Sequence record: SRR31156797_302
DNA length: 54,381 nt
Direction: 5' to 3' (one strand)
A model generated the notes under the pieces. It had not been told where the DNA came from and searched no databases. It saw only the letters and a list, made by a program, of their open reading frames with translations. How positions within the stretch are numbered: position 1 is the stretch's first letter; each line of letters starts with the position of its first letter. A program made the translations under genes and the position numbers. This document shows, piece after piece, positions 33,300-46,173 of the stretch.

Positions 33300-33946
33300 C
33301 TACTCTTTTTGTGCTTCCACAAGCCAAACATACTCATTGATTTGCTTAAAACGACTGGTAAACCCATGTTGGCGAAAATATCGTTCGATATCCGCAGTAA
33401 CTGGATAGTACTCCCGTTGCAGATCAGCGGCTAGTCGCTGGTGTCCAGCTTGCCGCGCTTCATCGATTAGCTCCATTTTTCGGGCTAGGGAAAGAAACAT
33501 CGTATCCCCAAAAAGCACTTTCCCGCCTTTTGGCAGCATCGCCGCATATTTGCCGATTGCCCGTTGTTTTTCGTCCTCCGTAAGATGATGAAAAACATAG
33601 GTAGAAACGATCGTATCGATTACATCCGTGATTTCAGGAAAAACCTCCATATCACCATCTACAAAAGTCACTTTAGAAAGACTGGGTTTTGACTTGGCGA
33701 TCCGCCGCATCTCTGGCGATGGCTCGATTGCCAGCACGTTTTTCCCTTGATCAAGTAGAGCTTGTGTTAGATTTCCAGTTCCACTACCAAATTCTACCAC
33801 AGACCGCCCTGCCTTTTCAGCAATTTCAGCTAGTAACTGTTCATATTTGAAAAAAACCGCTCGATATTCTTCATCCTTACCTGCAACTGTTTCATCGTAC
33901 TCAGCTGCCCAGTCAGAAAAAATTGGAATAAACTCTCTGCCCATCA

Positions 33947-33947
<1 letters not shown>
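33300..33947 (-). CDS. Class I SAM-dependent methyltransferase (YrrT-like)
   Basis: MGREF...F..WA..YD N-terminus, EFGSGTG motif I, STYVFHHL. Context like B. subtilis yrrT. Confidence 0.85.
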
Positions 33948-36047
<2,100 letters not shown>

Positions 36048-36141
36048 CGTTTGACTCCTTATTCAGATTTTTAGGCAAAACTTGTAAGCTTCATATACCT
36101 ATTTTGGCTTGCAATCATCAGCCGTCGCCATTGAAAGCGGT

Positions 36142-36188
36142 AAAAAAAAGCAAACAAAAAGGGGTACTGACTATTACATCAGTACCCC
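36142..36188 (-). terminator. Attenuator terminator in the mccA operon leader
   Basis: Perfect 10-bp stem GGGGTACTGA-tgtaatag-TCAGTACCCC followed by TTTTTGTTTGCTTTTTTTT, between leader ORF and mccA. Confidence 0.85.
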
Positions 36189-36233
36189 AAAAAAATGTCG
36201 TCTTATCCGGATAGAAGCGAATCACTAAAAAAA

Positions 36234-36341
36234 TCAGCGATCTGCTGCGACAAAGGAACTAATAATAGGCATGACAAATGGGTATGCTGCTTTTTGCACC
36301 ATACAACAACAACAGGTAGTTTGTGTGTTGAAGTTCGTCAT
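36234..36341 (-). CDS. Poly-cysteine leader peptide MTNFNTQTTCCCCMVQKAAYPFVMPIISSFVAADR (putative attenuation leader)
   Basis: AAGGAGG RBS (36351-36357) 9 nt before ATG 36341. Four tandem TGT codons at 36303-36314, TGA at 36234-36236. Confidence 0.85.
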   Translation of the reverse strand: MTNFNTQTTCCCCMVQKAAYPFVMPIISSFVAADR

Positions 36342-36373
36342 GTCTTGTTCCCTCCTTTAATTTGCTTGTTATC

Positions 36374-36402
36374 AAAATAGCACGACTCTTTTTTTTTGTC
36401 AA
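36374..36402 (-). promoter_or_regulatory. Sigma-A promoter of the leader and mccA operon
   Basis: TTGACA (36397-36402), 17-bp spacer, extended -10 TGcTATTTT (36374-36382), A-rich upstream tract. Confidence 0.7.
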
Positions 36403-36453
36403 ATATTTTTTTTAATCAACAAGTATCGATCAATGAACGTTTATAAAATAACA

Positions 36454-37554
36454 TTAAAGAGGATAATAAGCAGTCACATAGGCATCCACGGCTTTGATCG
36501 CGGCTACAACATCTTCTGCGGATACCGTGAACGGCATATTGTGAATCGTCTCCCCTTCGATGGTTGCTTGTTTACCGACTTTCATAAGCTCTGCATCGCT
36601 AACATCAGAAAGATGCATTTCAGCTAATGTCGTTGGTAATTCCAACGCCTGATACAACTCAATATATTGGTCAATTTCATCAGGATCCGCGTTTTCCAGC
36701 ATCAATTGTGTAAGTGTCCCGTAAGCAACTTTCTCCCCATGAGTCAAATCATGGACGTCTCCTTCAAGGGCTGTCAAGCCATTATGGATCGCATGAGCTG
36801 CTGCCAAACCAGCACTTTCAAAGCCTAAACCACTTAACAGAGTGTTGGCTTCCACGATTTGTTCAAAAGCTTCGGTAACGACTTGTTTTTTATTTGCTTG
36901 ATAGGCTTTCAGTGCATTCTCAAAAAGAATCTCTTCGCATTTTTCAGCGATTGCCATGCCGGCAATTGGTTGAATACCACCCACCATATTCTTACTATGG
37001 CTTCGGGCAACGGCGCGTGCTTCGACATAGGTTGCTAGTGCATCCGCAATACCCGCTGCAAGTAATTTGGCAGGCGCTTTCGCAATAACGGCTGTATCCA
37101 CTAAGACAAGTTCAGGGTTTTTGTTGTAAAAACGATATTTTTCAAAGCGACCTTCATCTGTATAAATAACAGAAAGTGCCGAAGTTGGTGCATCAGTAGA
37201 AGCGATCGTTGGCAAAACAGCAATCGGTATGTTTAATTCATCCGCAACAGCTTTCCCAGTATCGATGGCTTTCCCGCCACCTAATGCAGCAATTACTTCA
37301 ATGGATTCGCTTTTGGCTTTAGAGACGATACGATCGATTTCATTTGCAGAAGCTTCTCCACCAAAAATTTCTTTTACCGGACCTAAATCAGCCGCTTTGA
37401 GATTTTCAAATAAATCTTCCCCGGCAATTTTCCAAACTGTTTCATCGGTCAAAAGCAGCACTTTCTTTCCTAGATCTTTAATGTGAGATAAACCATCCTT
37501 CAATACTCCTTTTCCTTGAACGTATCGTGACGGACTCGCAAATATTCTTTCCAT
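36454..37554 (-). CDS. gldA: Glycerol dehydrogenase
   Basis: FASPSRYVQG, GGGKAIDT, PTIASTDAP, AHAIHNGLT, HGEKVA. Start moved to ATG 37554 after AAGGAGG. Confidence 0.93.
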   Translation of the reverse strand: MERIFASPSRYVQGKGVLKDGLSHIKDLGKKVLLLTDETVWKIAGEDLFENLKAADLGPVKEIFGGEASANEIDRIVSKAKSESIEVIAALGGGKAIDTGKAVADELNIPIAVLPTIASTDAPTSALSVIYTDEGRFEKYRFYNKNPELVLVDTAVIAKAPAKLLAAGIADALATYVEARAVARSHSKNMVGGIQPIAGMAIAEKCEEILFENALKAYQANKKQVVTEAFEQIVEANTLLSGLGFESAGLAAAHAIHNGLTALEGDVHDLTHGEKVAYGTLTQLMLENADPDEIDQYIELYQALELPTTLAEMHLSDVSDAELMKVGKQATIEGETIHNMPFTVSAEDVVAAIKAVDAYVTAYYPL

Positions 37555-37685
37555 TGTATCTCCTCCTTCAATTGGTCTACTTTTATTGTGACACACTAAG
37601 CAAGCGATTTCAAAGGAAAAGAAAAAAAGATGGTCAAGAAGATTCGATTCTCGCCCATACTGCACATTTATAGCCATACAAACAC

Positions 37686-37724
37686 TCATGCCCTTATAAA
37701 ACTGATGGTTTTATAAGGGCATGA
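37686..37724 (-). terminator. Hairpin after dnaJ (17-bp perfect inverted repeat)
   Basis: TCATGCCCTTATAAAAC-tgatg-GTTTTATAAGGGCATGA. U tract is weak. Confidence 0.65.
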
Positions 37725-37741
37725 ATTGGATTATTTACTTG

Positions 37742-38911
37742 TTATTTCTTTTTCCCACCAAAAGCATCTTTCATTTTATCAAAAAATCCTTCTGGTTGTT
37801 GTTCGGTGGTTTCATGACCACTAGCTTTTGCATAAGCCCGCAATGCTTCTTTTTGTTCCTCATTTAAGTTCTTAGGTGTGATCAGCTTCACTTTGACTTG
37901 TTGATCGCCATTGCCGCCTCCCCGTAAGCGAGGTGCTCCTTTACCGCGTAAGCGGAAGTTCGTACCTGTTTGGGTCCCAGCTGGGATTTTTAACTTCACA
38001 TTCCCGTGAACGGTTGGCACATTGACCTCATCTCCTAAAGCTGCTTGGACAAAGTTCAACGGCAACTCGTAATAAATCTCTGAACCGTCACGATCAAAAA
38101 TATCACTTTCTTCCACACGGAAAACAACGTATAGGTCCCCATAAGGACCACCATTGGTTCCAGCTTCCCCTTGGCCAGATAAACGCATTTGTTGTCCATC
38201 TTCGACACCTGCAGGCACGTTGACTTTTACATTATGTTTTTTCTTTTCATGGCCAGTACCATGACAGGTTGTACATGGTTCTTTGATTTCTTTCCCAGTT
38301 CCATGACAAACATCACAGGTTTGACGGCTCATTACACGACCAAGCGGTGTTTGACGTTCAACATTGATAGTACCTGCACCATGACATTTATGACAGGTTT
38401 CTGGTGAAGTACCTGGTTTTGCCCCGTTCCCGCCGCAGGTATGACAGGTTTCTTCACGATTGTATTGAACAGTTTTTTCCACTCCGAAAATCGCTTCTTC
38501 AAAGGAAAGATCAACCGCATATTGCAAGTCTGCTCCTTGTCGAGGTGCATTAGGATTGGCTGCTCTGCCGCCTCCACCACCAAAAAACGATTCGAAAATG
38601 TCTTCAAATCCACCAAAACCGCCACCGGAGAATCCGCCACTGTTAAAGCCGCCGAATCCACCGCCATAACCGCCTCCGTAGTTCGGATCGGTACCAGCAT
38701 GACCATACTGGTCATAAGCAGCTCTTTTTTGGGAATCACTTAATATTTCATAGGCCTCAGAAATCTCTTTAAACTTTGCTTCTGCATCAGGTTCTTTATT
38801 GATGTCTGGATGATATTGTTTTGAAAGCTTACGATAAGCTTTTTTGATTTCGTCATCCGAAGCCCCTTTTTGTAGACCTAAGACCTCATAATAATCTCTT
38901 TTGTCTGCCAT
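37742..38911 (-). CDS. dnaJ: Chaperone DnaJ
   Basis: HPD J-domain, G/F region, four CxxCxGxG repeats. Confidence 0.98.
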   Translation of the reverse strand: MADKRDYYEVLGLQKGASDDEIKKAYRKLSKQYHPDINKEPDAEAKFKEISEAYEILSDSQKRAAYDQYGHAGTDPNYGGGYGGGFGGFNSGGFSGGGFGGFEDIFESFFGGGGGRAANPNAPRQGADLQYAVDLSFEEAIFGVEKTVQYNREETCHTCGGNGAKPGTSPETCHKCHGAGTINVERQTPLGRVMSRQTCDVCHGTGKEIKEPCTTCHGTGHEKKKHNVKVNVPAGVEDGQQMRLSGQGEAGTNGGPYGDLYVVFRVEESDIFDRDGSEIYYELPLNFVQAALGDEVNVPTVHGNVKLKIPAGTQTGTNFRLRGKGAPRLRGGGNGDQQVKVKLITPKNLNEEQKEALRAYAKASGHETTEQQPEGFFDKMKDAFGGKKK

Positions 38912-38995
38912 TGGCTTCCCTCCACTCTATTCTTGCGTCTCTCGTATTTTAGCATATAATTCGCTCTAGAAAAATACGTTTCGCAAATTCATAAG

Positions 38996-39026
38996 AAAAA
39001 GCCAAAGCGGTGACTTTGGCTTTTTC
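38996..39026 (-). terminator. dnaK terminator
   Basis: AAAAAGCCAAAG-cggtga-CTTTGGCTTTTT. Confidence 0.75.
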
Positions 39027-39037
39027 ACAAACAGCGA

Positions 39038-40891
<1,854 letters not shown>

Positions 40892-40919
40892 TTAAACATC
40901 TACTTATAGATAGAAAGAA

Positions 40920-41507
40920 CTATTGTGCAACGATGACCATGCTTGCACGCAAGACACGATCATGCAATTTATACCCTTTTTGCAAGACAGTAACGATTGT
41001 GTCTGCCGGTGTTTCATCAGAGGCAGGTACAGTCTGCACCGCTTGATGCAAGTTCGGATCGAACATTGCACCTTCAGCAGGAATCTCTTCGATTCCCTCT
41101 TCTTTTAAGGCTTGACGCAGACTTTCAAGAACCATTTCAACGCCTTTTTTCAAATTCGCCGCTTGGTCTTGATCGACATCTGCTGCCATCGCTCGTTCCA
41201 AATTGTCGATTGCTGGCAACAGTTTTTTGCCAAGATCTTGCGAGCGGTATTTTTGTAAAAGTTCCCGCTCGTTGCGGTTACGTGAAGTGATATTTGCGAT
41301 CTCTGCACGAGCACGCAGGAATTGATCTTCCAATTCATTATTCTTTTCTTGCAAAAGTTCCAATTCGCTTTTTTCCACTGTTTCTTCCTCTGGTTGAGGA
41401 GTCTGTGCTTCAGTTTCAGTTGATTCATTTGAAGATTCAGTTGTTTCTGCGGTTTCTTCAGCAGTTTTATCTAATTCTTCATCTAAACGCTCTTCTTTTT
41501 CCGTCAC
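40920..41507 (-). CDS. grpE: Nucleotide exchange factor GrpE
   Basis: FDPNLHQAV and [12 protein letters not shown] motifs, GTG start. Confidence 0.96.
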   Translation of the reverse strand: MTEKEERLDEELDKTAEETAETTESSNESTETEAQTPQPEEETVEKSELELLQEKNNELEDQFLRARAEIANITSRNRNERELLQKYRSQDLGKKLLPAIDNLERAMAADVDQDQAANLKKGVEMVLESLRQALKEEGIEEIPAEGAMFDPNLHQAVQTVPASDETPADTIVTVLQKGYKLHDRVLRASMVIVAQ

Positions 41508-41545
41508 GTTTCAACCATCCCTTCTACGATTTGTTTCATTGCCGC

Positions 41546-42589
41546 TTATTCATTGGCAGCGTCTAATGCGCGATAATAATCGGCCAATTTTTTTGCTAAC
41601 TCGCCTCGAAAAACTTCCATCAAACCAAACATCCGTGAATACGGCATACTTGATGGACCTAATAAAGCGATCGTTCCTTGTCCATGACCTTCGATTTCAT
41701 AGCTAGCTTGGATCAGACTCATATTTTGTAACAAGTCATTGCCAAGCTCAGAGCCGATTCTGATTTGAATCGCAGAATCTCTTGGCGCCAGCAGCTGTGT
41801 CAGCTGATCTGCATTTTTCATAAATGAATACATCGATTTGAACTGACTAACATCTTGCGTCGGTTCAAAATCCAGAAGATTCATTCGCCCGCCGACGAAG
41901 ATTTTTTCTTCAAAAATGTGGCTCAGCATCGTATCAAAGAGATCAACGATTCCGTCAGTCGTTTGAAAATACTTATGCAGAATCATAGGAATCTCTGTTC
42001 TTAAACGATGGTAGACCGTCATTAGAGGCTCACCGATCAATTTGTCGTTGATGATCCTTACCATTTTTTCCAAATCTTCGCTGCTCATCGATTCAGGAAG
42101 AGTAAAGACTTGATTTTCGACATTCCCTTTATCCGTCACGATGATCGCGATGATCTGTCGTGCATTCAATGGGACGATTCGAAAACCGGTCAATTTCCTT
42201 TCCTTCATATCTGGCCCGAGAGACAACGCTGTATAGCTAGTCAAGTTGGACAAGATCGTGGCAGACTGCTGGATGATTTCATTGATTTCATGAAAATCTT
42301 TTCCAAAAGAATGACGAATGGTTTGAATTTCGTTTTGGTCAACTTCCGATGGCTTCAATAAGTGATCAACGTAATAGCGATACCCTTTTATTGACGGCAC
42401 ACGCCCTGAAGATGAATGTGTCTTTAACAGAAGTCCAGCTTCTTCCAGCGCCTTCATCTCATTACGAATGGTGGCAGAGCTAGCTTCAACCCCATCTTCC
42501 ATCAATCGCTTCGAGCCCGTGGGCTGACCAGTATTCGTATAATTTTGGATGATGAGGTGTAAAATCATTTGTTGTCTAGGTGTCAACAT
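41546..42589 (-). CDS. hrcA: Heat-inducible transcription repressor HrcA
   Basis: SSATIRNEM, HSSSGRVPS, GYRYYVD. Start moved to ATG 42589 after GGAGGAG. Confidence 0.96.
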   Translation of the reverse strand: MLTPRQQMILHLIIQNYTNTGQPTGSKRLMEDGVEASSATIRNEMKALEEAGLLLKTHSSSGRVPSIKGYRYYVDHLLKPSEVDQNEIQTIRHSFGKDFHEINEIIQQSATILSNLTSYTALSLGPDMKERKLTGFRIVPLNARQIIAIIVTDKGNVENQVFTLPESMSSEDLEKMVRIINDKLIGEPLMTVYHRLRTEIPMILHKYFQTTDGIVDLFDTMLSHIFEEKIFVGGRMNLLDFEPTQDVSQFKSMYSFMKNADQLTQLLAPRDSAIQIRIGSELGNDLLQNMSLIQASYEIEGHGQGTIALLGPSSMPYSRMFGLMEVFRGELAKKLADYYRALDAANE

Positions 42590-42605
42590 TTTATCCACTC
42601 CTCCG

Positions 42606-42632
42606 TTAGCACTCATTCCTATTAAGTGCTAA
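42606..42632. promoter_or_regulatory. CIRCE element 1 (HrcA operator)
   Basis: TTAGCACTC-N9-AAGTGCTAA. Confidence 0.93.
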
Positions 42633-42642
42633 CACGATTATA

Positions 42643-42670
42643 AATATACCATATTTGCTAGGAATGTCAA
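42643..42670 (-). promoter_or_regulatory. Sigma-A promoter of hrcA operon
   Basis: TTGACA, 16-bp spacer, TGgTATATT, lying between two CIRCEs. Confidence 0.7.
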
Positions 42671-42687
42671 GTATTTGCATCACTTTT

Positions 42688-42714
42688 TTAGCACTCTTTC
42701 TAAGAGAGTGCTAA
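42688..42714. promoter_or_regulatory. CIRCE element 2
   Basis: Perfect TTAGCACTC-N9-GAGTGCTAA. Confidence 0.95.
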
Positions 42715-42771
42715 AAAAGAAATCAAAAAAAGAAGCAGCACGAAATGGCTACTTCTCTTACTCGTTCTTTC

Positions 42772-43962
42772 TTATTTTTCTGCATCCAAGAGAAATGCTT
42801 CAAACACTTCGTTGCCAATAAACATCCCAGCTTTCGTTAAAAAGACACGGTCACCTTGACTAGCCAACCAGCCTTTTTGAATCAACTGTTCGCTCGTTGA
42901 ACCATAGATTTCCTGAAAAGACTTCCCGAATTTTTCTGCAAACTGTATTTTTGAAATGCCGACCTTTTTACGAAGGCCTAAAAACAGTTCCTCTTCCATT
43001 TGATTGCTGGTTGTCAATTCTTCGATTTCGTGGATTGGCAACTGATTTTCCTGTAATGGTTTCAAATAATGCTGGATTGGACCTTTGTTCTTGTAGCGAG
43101 TCTGTCCAAGATACCCGCTGGCGCCTGCCCCAAAGCCAAAATAATGTTCATTGTTCCAATACACTAGATTATGTAAGGACTCATACCCTGGTCGTGCAAA
43201 ATTACTGATTTCATATTGGTTCAATCCAGCTTTTGTCATCGCGGCGATCGCCTCATCAAACATCTGCGTTTCAGCTTCTTGAGAAGGCAGTGCCATTCTC
43301 CCTTGGCGAACCCAGTTCATAAACATGGTTTTGTTTTCTAAAATCAAAGAATACATCGCATAGTGAGGCAACCCGAGATCAATCGCTCGCGTCAGTGTAT
43401 CACGGAAGCTTTCTATGCTTTGTCCCGGAAGTGCATAAATCAAATCGATCGTCACATTCTGAAAATCATGTTTTTCCAGCAGCTGAATAGTTGAATAAAC
43501 ATCTTCAGCGGTATGCTTGCGGCCAATTTTTTTAAGCAAGCGATTATCAAAGGTCTGGACCCCCATCGACAAGCGATTGACTTGATGATTTTTCAAAACC
43601 AGCATTTTTTCTTCACTCAAATCACCAGGATTTGCTTCCACAGTAAACTCTTTGGTTGTGTGTGTTGGCAGCAATTCATGCACACCTGACAGCAATCGAT
43701 CCAGTTGGTTCGCCGAAAGCGACGTTGGCGTCCCGCCGCCGATATAAATCGTTTTCGCCTCATTGAGAGGCTGACGCAAGAGGGTCAGCTCAATTTCTTT
43801 TAGTAACGCTTCGATGTACTCATCCACTGGCTGCCCTTCTAAAAACACTTTGTTGAAGTCACAGTAGTAGCAGATATGTTCACAGAAAGGTATATGTATA
43901 TACGCAGAAATATTTTGCGCGCTTTTTGTAGATGGATCGTTTATTGTTTGACCTTCAGGCAT
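42772..43962 (-). CDS. hemW: Radical-SAM heme chaperone HemW (HemN-like)
   Basis: YIHIPFCEHICYYCDF, GGGTPT, YEISNF, HNLVYW. Upstream of hrcA. Start uncertain, ATG 43962 chosen. Confidence 0.9.
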   Translation of the reverse strand: MPEGQTINDPSTKSAQNISAYIHIPFCEHICYYCDFNKVFLEGQPVDEYIEALLKEIELTLLRQPLNEAKTIYIGGGTPTSLSANQLDRLLSGVHELLPTHTTKEFTVEANPGDLSEEKMLVLKNHQVNRLSMGVQTFDNRLLKKIGRKHTAEDVYSTIQLLEKHDFQNVTIDLIYALPGQSIESFRDTLTRAIDLGLPHYAMYSLILENKTMFMNWVRQGRMALPSQEAETQMFDEAIAAMTKAGLNQYEISNFARPGYESLHNLVYWNNEHYFGFGAGASGYLGQTRYKNKGPIQHYLKPLQENQLPIHEIEELTTSNQMEEELFLGLRKKVGISKIQFAEKFGKSFQEIYGSTSEQLIQKGWLASQGDRVFLTKAGMFIGNEVFEAFLLDAEK

Positions 43963-44074
43963 TCCTAAGTAATTCTCCTCTACCTTCTTTTTTGCTCCCA
44001 CCGCTGAGAGCACCGGCACTCATTGTAGCATAGTTCTTAGAATTCTCCTATCACTTGGACTATTTTTAAGCAAG

Positions 44075-44316
44075 AAAAAACACCACTTCCAAGAAGTGAT
44101 GTCTTTAAATATTCATAGAAAAAATAAAGAGCACTACTCTTATTAAGTACGGTAAAATACCGCTTTTGTTCTTATCCCGCCCAGAAAAAAATCTGTTTGT
44201 TACAAGAACTAACACTTCCCCCAAACTGTTAGCGCCACAATAGATAAGCTGTTGTTGACGGCTTACTTAACAAGAGCAGGACTCTTATTCATGAAAGACA
44301 ATTGCTTGTCTTATCT
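44075..44316 (-). ncRNA. Candidate structured small RNA
   Basis: 23-nt closing stem 44127-44149/44264-44286 enclosing four hairpins. G-U pairs favour the minus strand. -10 TATACT at 44323-44328, terminator at 44075-44106. Confidence 0.55.
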
Positions 44317-44405
44317 GACTTAAGTATACCTTTTTAAAAAAATTAAGTCCTATCATCTTTTTCACCAGTCTATGAAAACGATGAGAATCTTCACCTTGGT
44401 AACAG

Positions 44406-45062
44406 TTATAAAATGTGCAGCAAAATATCGATCAGATAGCGGATCAACCGATACGCAATAAATAAGAAGAAAATATTTCCCAGCAAGAATTGAAAGACAT
44501 TGCCAATCGATCCCTTAAAGGAGCGAAAACTGAAATAACGCGACCAACGATTGAACCCGTTTTGGCGGTTTCGTTTCAAACGATACGCTTCATCATACTT
44601 CATCTCCAAGAGGTCATAATAAAAAATCATCAAGGGTTGTTGCACAAAGAAAACTTTTTTATAGCCTGCCATCAACGTGTACTGCTTATTATTGGAAGGA
44701 AAGTTGCGATTGCCGTTTTTCTTCACGCGCATCGTTGTTCCATCATTCATTTGGAACGCATAATGATCCTCAAATTCTGTCAGTTGATGAATTTGCGGCA
44801 CCTGATTTTCTTCTTCGAAAGCAAGTACGACCTCACTCGCTCGCTGATAAAGTGAAACCAACCACGCCATTATGCCTAGCAATATAACTAGCAAAATGAT
44901 ATTTAAAAGCAAACTTTCTTGTAACAAAAGTAAATAACCTAAGATAATCAAAATCGCCACACCAAGGGCAATCATTCTTCTACGGAAATAACTGCGATAC
45001 ATCAATTCAAAAGAGCGCCGATAATAGGCAAAATCTTCTTTAACAAAATCCATTTTTTCCAC
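44406..45062 (-). CDS. Hypothetical membrane protein
   Basis: Two N-terminal TM helices and a C-terminal hydrophobic segment, GTG start. Confidence 0.75.
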   Translation of the reverse strand: MEKMDFVKEDFAYYRRSFELMYRSYFRRRMIALGVAILIILGYLLLLQESLLLNIILLVILLGIMAWLVSLYQRASEVVLAFEEENQVPQIHQLTEFEDHYAFQMNDGTTMRVKKNGNRNFPSNNKQYTLMAGYKKVFFVQQPLMIFYYDLLEMKYDEAYRLKRNRQNGFNRWSRYFSFRSFKGSIGNVFQFLLGNIFFLFIAYRLIRYLIDILLHIL

Positions 45063-45215
45063 ATCTTTCTGTGTTTAGGTTGCTGATAATGTATCAAAGA
45101 TCCTTTTGAAAGTCAATTTCCCTCAAAAGTTTCAGCGTCTGATTTGTTTCAAACAAGAAAACGTTTTATAATGGAAGATGTAACAAAAAAAAGCGATGAA
45201 AGTAGGTTGAGATAC

Positions 45216-46037
45216 GTGATATTACAAGAAACATTTACCTTGCAGAACAAACTGGCAATTCCTAAGATTGGCCTTGGAACCTGGCAATCTTCTCCAGAAG
45301 ATGCTTACAACGCAACAAAATTTGCCATTCAAAATGGTTATCGACATGTCGATACAGCGGCAGCTTACAAAAACGAAGAAGCGGTTGGGAAAGCTGTGCG
45401 CGATTCAGGCGTTGCCCGCGATGAAATTTTTGTTACCACGAAAGTACCTGCTGAGTTAAAGACCTACCAAGAAGCGGTTGATAGCATTGATGCTTCTCTA
45501 AAAAAACTTGACTTAGGGTATATCGATTTGATTTTGATCCATGCCCCTCGTCCTTGGAAAATCATGGGAAACAATCCAGAAAACAAAGATTTTTATCTTG
45601 AAAACATCGATGTTTGGAAAGCATTAGAAGAAGCCTACTTAAGTGGAAAAGTAAAATCGATTGGTGTTTCCAACTTCGATCAAAAAGATTTGCAAAATAT
45701 TTTTGATCATTGCGATGTGAAACCGATGGTCAACCAGTTTATTTACCATATTGGCCTCACAAATGAAGAACTATTGACATTTTGCAAAGCGCACGAAATT
45801 TTAGTGGAAGGCTATTCACCAATCGCTACTGGTCGTTTACTCGATAACGATGCAGTGAAGACGATTGCTGAAGCCTATGGAAAATCTATTCCACAACTTT
45901 CAATTCGTTACTTGCTACAAAAAGACATTCTGCCATTGCCAAAATCCGTTCATGAAGAATACATTGCTGACAATGCCAAAGTTGACTTTGAAATTTCTGA
46001 AGAAGACATGAAGAAATTGGATGAGTTGCAAGCTTAA
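45216..46037 (+). CDS. Aldo/keto reductase
   Basis: IGLGTWQ, GYRHVDTAAAY, LIH, SIGVSNF, LPKS. GTG 45216 preferred because upstream starts overlap a TTGTTT-17-TATAAT promoter. Confidence 0.92.
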   Translation: MILQETFTLQNKLAIPKIGLGTWQSSPEDAYNATKFAIQNGYRHVDTAAAYKNEEAVGKAVRDSGVARDEIFVTTKVPAELKTYQEAVDSIDASLKKLDLGYIDLILIHAPRPWKIMGNNPENKDFYLENIDVWKALEEAYLSGKVKSIGVSNFDQKDLQNIFDHCDVKPMVNQFIYHIGLTNEELLTFCKAHEILVEGYSPIATGRLLDNDAVKTIAEAYGKSIPQLSIRYLLQKDILPLPKSVHEEYIADNAKVDFEISEEDMKKLDELQA

Positions 46038-46173
46038 GAATACTTGCGTTTAATTGAAAAAAGCAGTCCGATCAAGTCCAGTAAATGCTGGTCATGGATC
46101 GGGCTGCTTATTTTCTTCTACAACTCTGTTTAGAAAAACAACCGTTTCTTAGTCTGTTAAAACTGAATTCTTC

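Noticed and set aside
36099-36131. Mini-ORF MATADDCKPK and GGCGA/GCUGAUGA words recalling a fluoride riboswitch
   Set aside because: The ORF has no RBS, and the riboswitch P1 and pseudoknot partners are missing.
36195-36380. Plus-strand 61-aa ORF from the ORF track
   Set aside because: No RBS. It is the antisense shadow of the leader peptide (TTTT mirrors CCCC).
36048-36402. T-box or SAM riboswitch in the mccA leader
   Set aside because: No T-box bulge motif (GGUGGNACCGCG) or S-box core (AUCAAGAG...GCAACC...GGUGC) found. The Cys leader ORF explains the region better.
37570-37604. dre-like half-site (ATTGGTCTAC) and Rex-like TTGTGA upstream of gldA
   Set aside because: Half-sites only, too weak to call.
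42606-42714. Double CIRCE as a novelty
   Set aside because: Tandem CIRCE elements before hrcA-grpE-dnaK are known in lactic acid bacteria.
44261-44292. 9-codon ORF MNKSPALVK inside the candidate sRNA, possible type I toxin
   Set aside because: No RBS, too short, and not hydrophobic like TxpA/Fst toxins.
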